A stretch of DNA of 64,000 bases from Camelus ferus (taxonomy: Eukaryota), in the NCBI RefSeq assembly GCF_009834535.1, contig NC_045697.1:45696001-45760000 (forward strand), given 5' to 3'. This document shows, one piece after another, positions 59,185-64,000 of this stretch (positions within the stretch are counted from its first letter, which is position 1; each line of letters starts with the position of its first letter). The position numbers and the translations under genes were made by a program. The notes beneath the pieces were generated by a model that searched no databases, was not told where the DNA came from, and worked only from the letters and a program-made list of their open reading frames with translations.

Positions 59185-62065
59185 TTATATTTTAATAGGT
59201 ATCATTGACATACATTAAAATATGCACATATTTAAAGTGCATTATTTAGGTTTTGCCTGCATAAAATCCATAAAACTGTACTGACAGTAAGGATGATGAA
59301 CACACCTATTACCCCAAAACCTTTCTTTTCACCTTGTATGATCTTTCTCCCACCTCTCCCCAACCTCTCATCCCGAGACAATCACAGATCTGCTTTCTTA
59401 TACTATAGATTAGTTTGCATTTTTAGAATTTTGTATAAATAGAATCATTTATGGACTCTTTTATCTGGCGTCTTTCACTCAGCATAATCATTTTGGGATT
59501 CACCCATGTTGTAACATGGATCAGCAATTTATTGTTTTTTGTTTGTTTGTTTTTTGGGATTTTTTTGCTTAGTATTCCTTTCTATGTCTACACTACTGCT
59601 TTTTTATCCATTAGCCTGTTAACGGACATTTGGGTTGTTTCCGGTTTGGGGCTGTCATGAATCATGCTCCAATGACCACGTACAAGTGTTTGTATGAGCA
59701 TCTCTTTTTGATAACTAACTGGGAGAATGACTAATTCATATAGTAGATGAATATTTAACCAATAAGAAACTGTCAAAAAAATTCTCCAAAGTGATTGTAC
59801 TATTTTACATTCCCACTAGCAGAGAATGAGAGTTCCACATCTTTGCCAAAAGGTGATATGATCAGTCATTTATTTTAGCTATACTGATAGGTGTGAGGTG
59901 TATTTCATTATGGTTTTACTTTGTATTTTCCTAGTGAGATTATTATTGTTGAACATCTTTTCAAGTGTTTCTTTGCCATCCATGTACTGTTTCTGGTAAG
60001 ATACCTGTTCAAGTCAATTGCCTGCTTTTATTATCGCCTTCTTTGTTTTCTAATAATTGAGTTTTGAGAGTTCTTTATATAGCCTGGATCCAAGTCTTTT
60101 ATCAGATATATGCTTTAAAAGTATTTCCAAGTCTGTGACTTGCCTTTTCATTCTGCTAAGGGTATCATTTGAAGAATAGACATTCTTAATTTTCATGAAG
60201 TACAATTTTTCAGTTTTCCTTGTATGGATTATGCTTCTGCATGTGTTAGAAAACCCACAAATTGTCATTATTTTTGCTTTAAATAGTTGATTATATTTTA
60301 AACATATTGAAATAAATTTAAAAATCTTTCTGTTTACCAAAGTACTTATCATTTTTTGTATTCTTCATTCCTTTGTGTACATCCAGGATTCTGTCTGGTA
60401 TAATTCTCCTGCTTAAATGACTTCCCTTAACATTTCTCGTAGTACTGGTCAGTTGATGATGAATTACTTCGGCTTTTCTATGTTTGAGAATCTTATTTTG
60501 CTAGTTTCTTGAATGATAATTTTGGGTAAACTGGGTAAAGGTTGGGTCAAAAAATTCTTGGTTGACATTTTTCTTTCAGTTGTTTAAAGGTATTTTTCCA
60601 GTGTCTTCCCACTTGCATTGTTTCCTACCAGAAATATCCTGTCTTCCTTACCTTTGTCTCTCTGGATATAATGTATCTTCTTTCTCCTTCCCCTCTTCTG
60701 CTGCTTTTAAGAAATTTTTTCTCTGTCACTCACTTTAAGAAATTTGATTCTGATGTACTTTGGTGTAATTTTCTTTATACTTCTTACAGTTGGAGTTCAT
60801 TGAGGTTTCTGGATTTGTGGGTTTATAGATTCCATCAAATTTGGAATTTTTCAGCATTATTTCTCATATTTTTTTCTTCCCTGTCTCTCTTTTGTTAATT
60901 TAAATTGCCCGTATATTAGTCTGTTTGAAGTTATCCCTCAGCTTACAGAATTGCCACACATTTTTCCATGCTTTTTTCTTTCTGTGTTTAGTTCTGTACA
61001 GATTCTATTGTTAATTCAACAACTGTGTCTTTTTTGCTTGTATTTTTCCCTCAATGTCTAATTTACTTTTAATCCTATCCAAAATATTTTTCATTTCAAC
61101 ACTTTTTTTCACTAGAAGTTCAATTTGGGTTATTTAAAAAACTTCTCTTTACTTAACATTGGTTCAGTCTTTTCTCTAATTTCTTGAATATATGGATCAT
61201 AAGTAATAAATGTTAACATTATTGATCACTAATTCCCTCATCTGTATCAATCCTGAGTCAGTTTTGTTGGCTGACTTTTCTCCTCATTCAATAGAACCTA
61301 TTATCTGTAGTATTTTCCTGTTTCTTTTTTATTTTTTGTGATCTCTATTAGATGCCTGACTGAATTTTACCTCTTGGGTGCTGAATATTTCTGTATTCCT
61401 ATAAATATTCTTGAGTTTATTCTGGAAAGTTGTCCAATTACTTAAATTAGTTTCATCCATTCAGTTTTTGCTTTGTTAGGTGGGCCAAGAGCAACATCTA
61501 GTCTAGGGTTAATTTTTCCTATTACCGAGGCAAATCCCCTCTGAGTATTCTACCTGATGTTCTGTGAATTGTGAGGTTTTTCCACTCAAGCTAGTGGCCC
61601 TGCATTGGCTTTAAAGCCTGTTCCTTGTCATCCTTTCAGGTAATTAATTCCCCCCACTCCAGGAAAGCTGCCCACATGCATCACTGATACTCAGCTGACT
61701 GCTTGAGAGGGGCCCTCCACAGACCTAGATGTCATCTCTCTGTGTGGCCTGCTCTTCTCCAGTCTACTGCCCGGTGAACCACAGCGGCGTTGGCCTTCCC
61801 AGACTACCAGCTTCATCTCTTCAACTCATGGAGACTTCTGGGTTTCCCCTCCCTGCACTGCAACCCAGGCACTTTCTCTAGGCAGTGATTTGGGAAAATT
61901 GTGGGGCACATCTCACTTATTTTCCATTTTTCAGGGGTAACTGCCCTTTGTTTCCTGATATCCAATGTCAGGACAACTGTTGTTTCATATGTTTTATCTA
62001 CTTTCTTTAGTTGTTTCATAAGGGAGGTAAATCTGGTCCCCATTACTCCACAGTGGTCAGGTATA
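59185..62065 (-). mobile_element. Old L1MC/MD-type element: 5'UTR and ORF1 (62065-60240) joined to ORF2 3' part and 3'UTR (60235-59185)
   Basis: ORF 60050-60352(-) includes MKIKNVYSSNDTLSRMKRQVTDLE (L1 ORF2 C-terminal region); cagatctgctttcttatactatagattagtttgcatt is an L1MC 3'UTR block; ggtaaatctggtccccattactcca is an L1MC/MD 5' terminus. Confidence 0.8.
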
Positions 62066-63789
62066 AAATCTTAACTATTTATACACCAAGCAGGGCTGGT
62101 ATCTCTCATTCACCTGCTTCTTCTCTCACTTCTCCATCTATGCACTAAGACAGGAGCAGCAAAGGTCTTAATTCATTAATTTCTCTTCTTTCATTTTTTT
62201 GTGATTAAAAACATTTGGTGCTTCAACTTTTCTTCTGATTGCTGTTTAACTATGTCATTGGTCCTAATATGTGGTGTTTTAATTATTATTATTATTTGCA
62301 AATTTTGTTGTTTCAGTATATTTTTCCCTTTTTATCTGAAAGTTGTTTAATATAAGATTTTATTTTTCATTTATAGATGGAAGGACTTTTAGGTCTTTAT
62401 TTTGTGAATAATTTCTGATTTTATTAACTTGTGATTGAAGAGTGTTTTTTGTAATATTTTTACAGCAGGACACTTACTGATGTTTTATTTATGACTTAAT
62501 ATATGATTGAATTTTCAAATTCTTATATGTTTTTTAAGAACTACTTTATTTTTTGTCCTTATTTTCAATAGTTTAAAAACCCTCTCTTTGACTTCCATTA
62601 TATTCCCTACAGTCCCCCTACCATTAATTATTTACTCTTGACAACTGTTCAAAATACTATTCAGAGACACTGCTCCTGCATATTTGCATTAATAAAAATA
62701 ACTGTCTTAAGCACATTCCTTACTGAAGAGATCCTTTCCTCTCCACCTGTGTATTCTTCAGTTCACCAAAAATGTGAGCATAATGTGGGTACCACAGATA
62801 CCAGGTTGAAGACTCGGTCCCTGTCCTAGAGGAAGCATGCTAATCTGCCAGGGTTTTCTCCTCCTCAAGTTTTGCTAGAACCCCTCATGGTTTTGTTTCC
62901 ATATTTTAAAGTGCAATATTCCAAAGGCTTACTACTCACATGAAGTGTTACTCAAATTATTGTAGAGTCTATCTAGAAACACCATGTTGATGATCACTAA
63001 CAACAGATTGTGTATCATCTTCACCTCTTCATATTCTGTCTTACCTTTCCTTGAGTTACAAAGAGTTTGGCTTCAACAATTAGTAGGGCATTACTATTAT
63101 CAAGTGTAATACTAAAGGAGAAGTCATAGAAAAATAATAGATACTGGAGAATTAACATACAATTATAATTATAAAACTAAACATGGTCAAAAAGTTATGG
63201 TGATTAATAATGAAAAGGTATTTTTGAAATGGGGAAAGTCAAATGTTTCAACTAGTTCACAGTTGTACATCTAAGATTTTATAAAAGTAAAACTTCATGA
63301 TTAATAGAATAAAGCAAGAATTAGACTAACTCCACCTTAATTTTTGTTTGTACAATATAGTGATAAAAATACCAACGTTATGGGATTGTTGATAAGATCA
63401 GAACTAACAAATGCAAAGGCTTTCTTGACCCATAGCAGGCACTGGATATACAGTAGTTCTTGTTTTCATTATTATTAATGCATTCTTATGTAAAGATAGA
63501 CATAAAAATTTTTTAAACAAAGATCCTCAGACATAAATAACTTAAAGGCCTTTCCAGGATACATTCTGGAGGAATTTAAATGTTTTGTCTACCAGTAGTT
63601 GGAAAGAAAGAGTAGAAGTCATATGTGATTTCTGCTGACCTGAGTTTATTTCCAGTAACACACAGTGGTCACAACAAAGCATTCAAATATGACTTTGTAT
63701 ATTTCAAATGTCATGGGAGAAGCTGGAACTACACAGGAGAAAATCATTGCCAGACGTTCTGGTTCTCTTCTCTTATTTAAAAACAGCCG

Positions 63790-64000
63790 ACTCAACTCAC
63801 CCTTCGGTTTTCTGCTTTAACATGCTCACTTCCTTAGTGAAGCCATCCCCTTTAGGCTAGGCTACTAGAATTGGTCCTATGGCCTAACCCCAAATTCCCC
63901 CATCATAATATTCATCACGATTTTCATATTTCTTGTGTAGTCATATTTCTTCTCAATATATTGCAAACTCCATAAAAAGAGGAGACATGTCTGCTTTATT
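63790..64000 (+). mobile_element. L2 3' region fragment
   Basis: cacttccttagtgaagccatccc...ttgcaaactccataaaaagaggagacatgtctgctttatt. Confidence 0.6.

Noticed and set aside
1..64000. Host gene identity (for example a long gene with recursive splicing and CRE-driven promoters)
   Set aside because: No coding exon was recognised, so naming a gene would be a guess; no CRISPR, rRNA, NUMT, CpG island or processed pseudogene was seen either

Overview
AT-rich, CpG-depleted mammalian non-coding DNA, either an intron of a long gene or intergenic. A tRNA-derived SINE with the tail ...TAAACCTAATTACCTACCCCCC-polyA at 12617-12750 resembles the camelid Vic-1 SINE, so the source is probably a camelid (moderate confidence). 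I could not support any cellular protein-coding exon. The only ORFs with recognisable protein similarity are broken pieces of LINE-1 ORF2. By eye roughly half of the window is transposon relics: young and old L1, HAL1, L2, L3/CR1, MIR, MaLR and ERVL LTRs, and hAT/Tigger MITEs, many of them nested. Family names come from remembered consensus sequences, not from a database run, and boundaries are approximate. I did not find a new biological system. The most notable structures are: (i) an L1 whose 5'UTR is joined directly to mid-endonuclease ORF2 with ORF1 absent; (ii) a 5'-inverted (twin-primed) L1 with a duplicated inversion junction; (iii) an apparent ancient local duplication of an L1ME segment about 8 kb apart; (iv) a recursive-splice-site-like AG|GTAAGT at 4438; and (v) a few CpG-retaining motif clusters that may be enhancers, plus two intact CRE palindromes.
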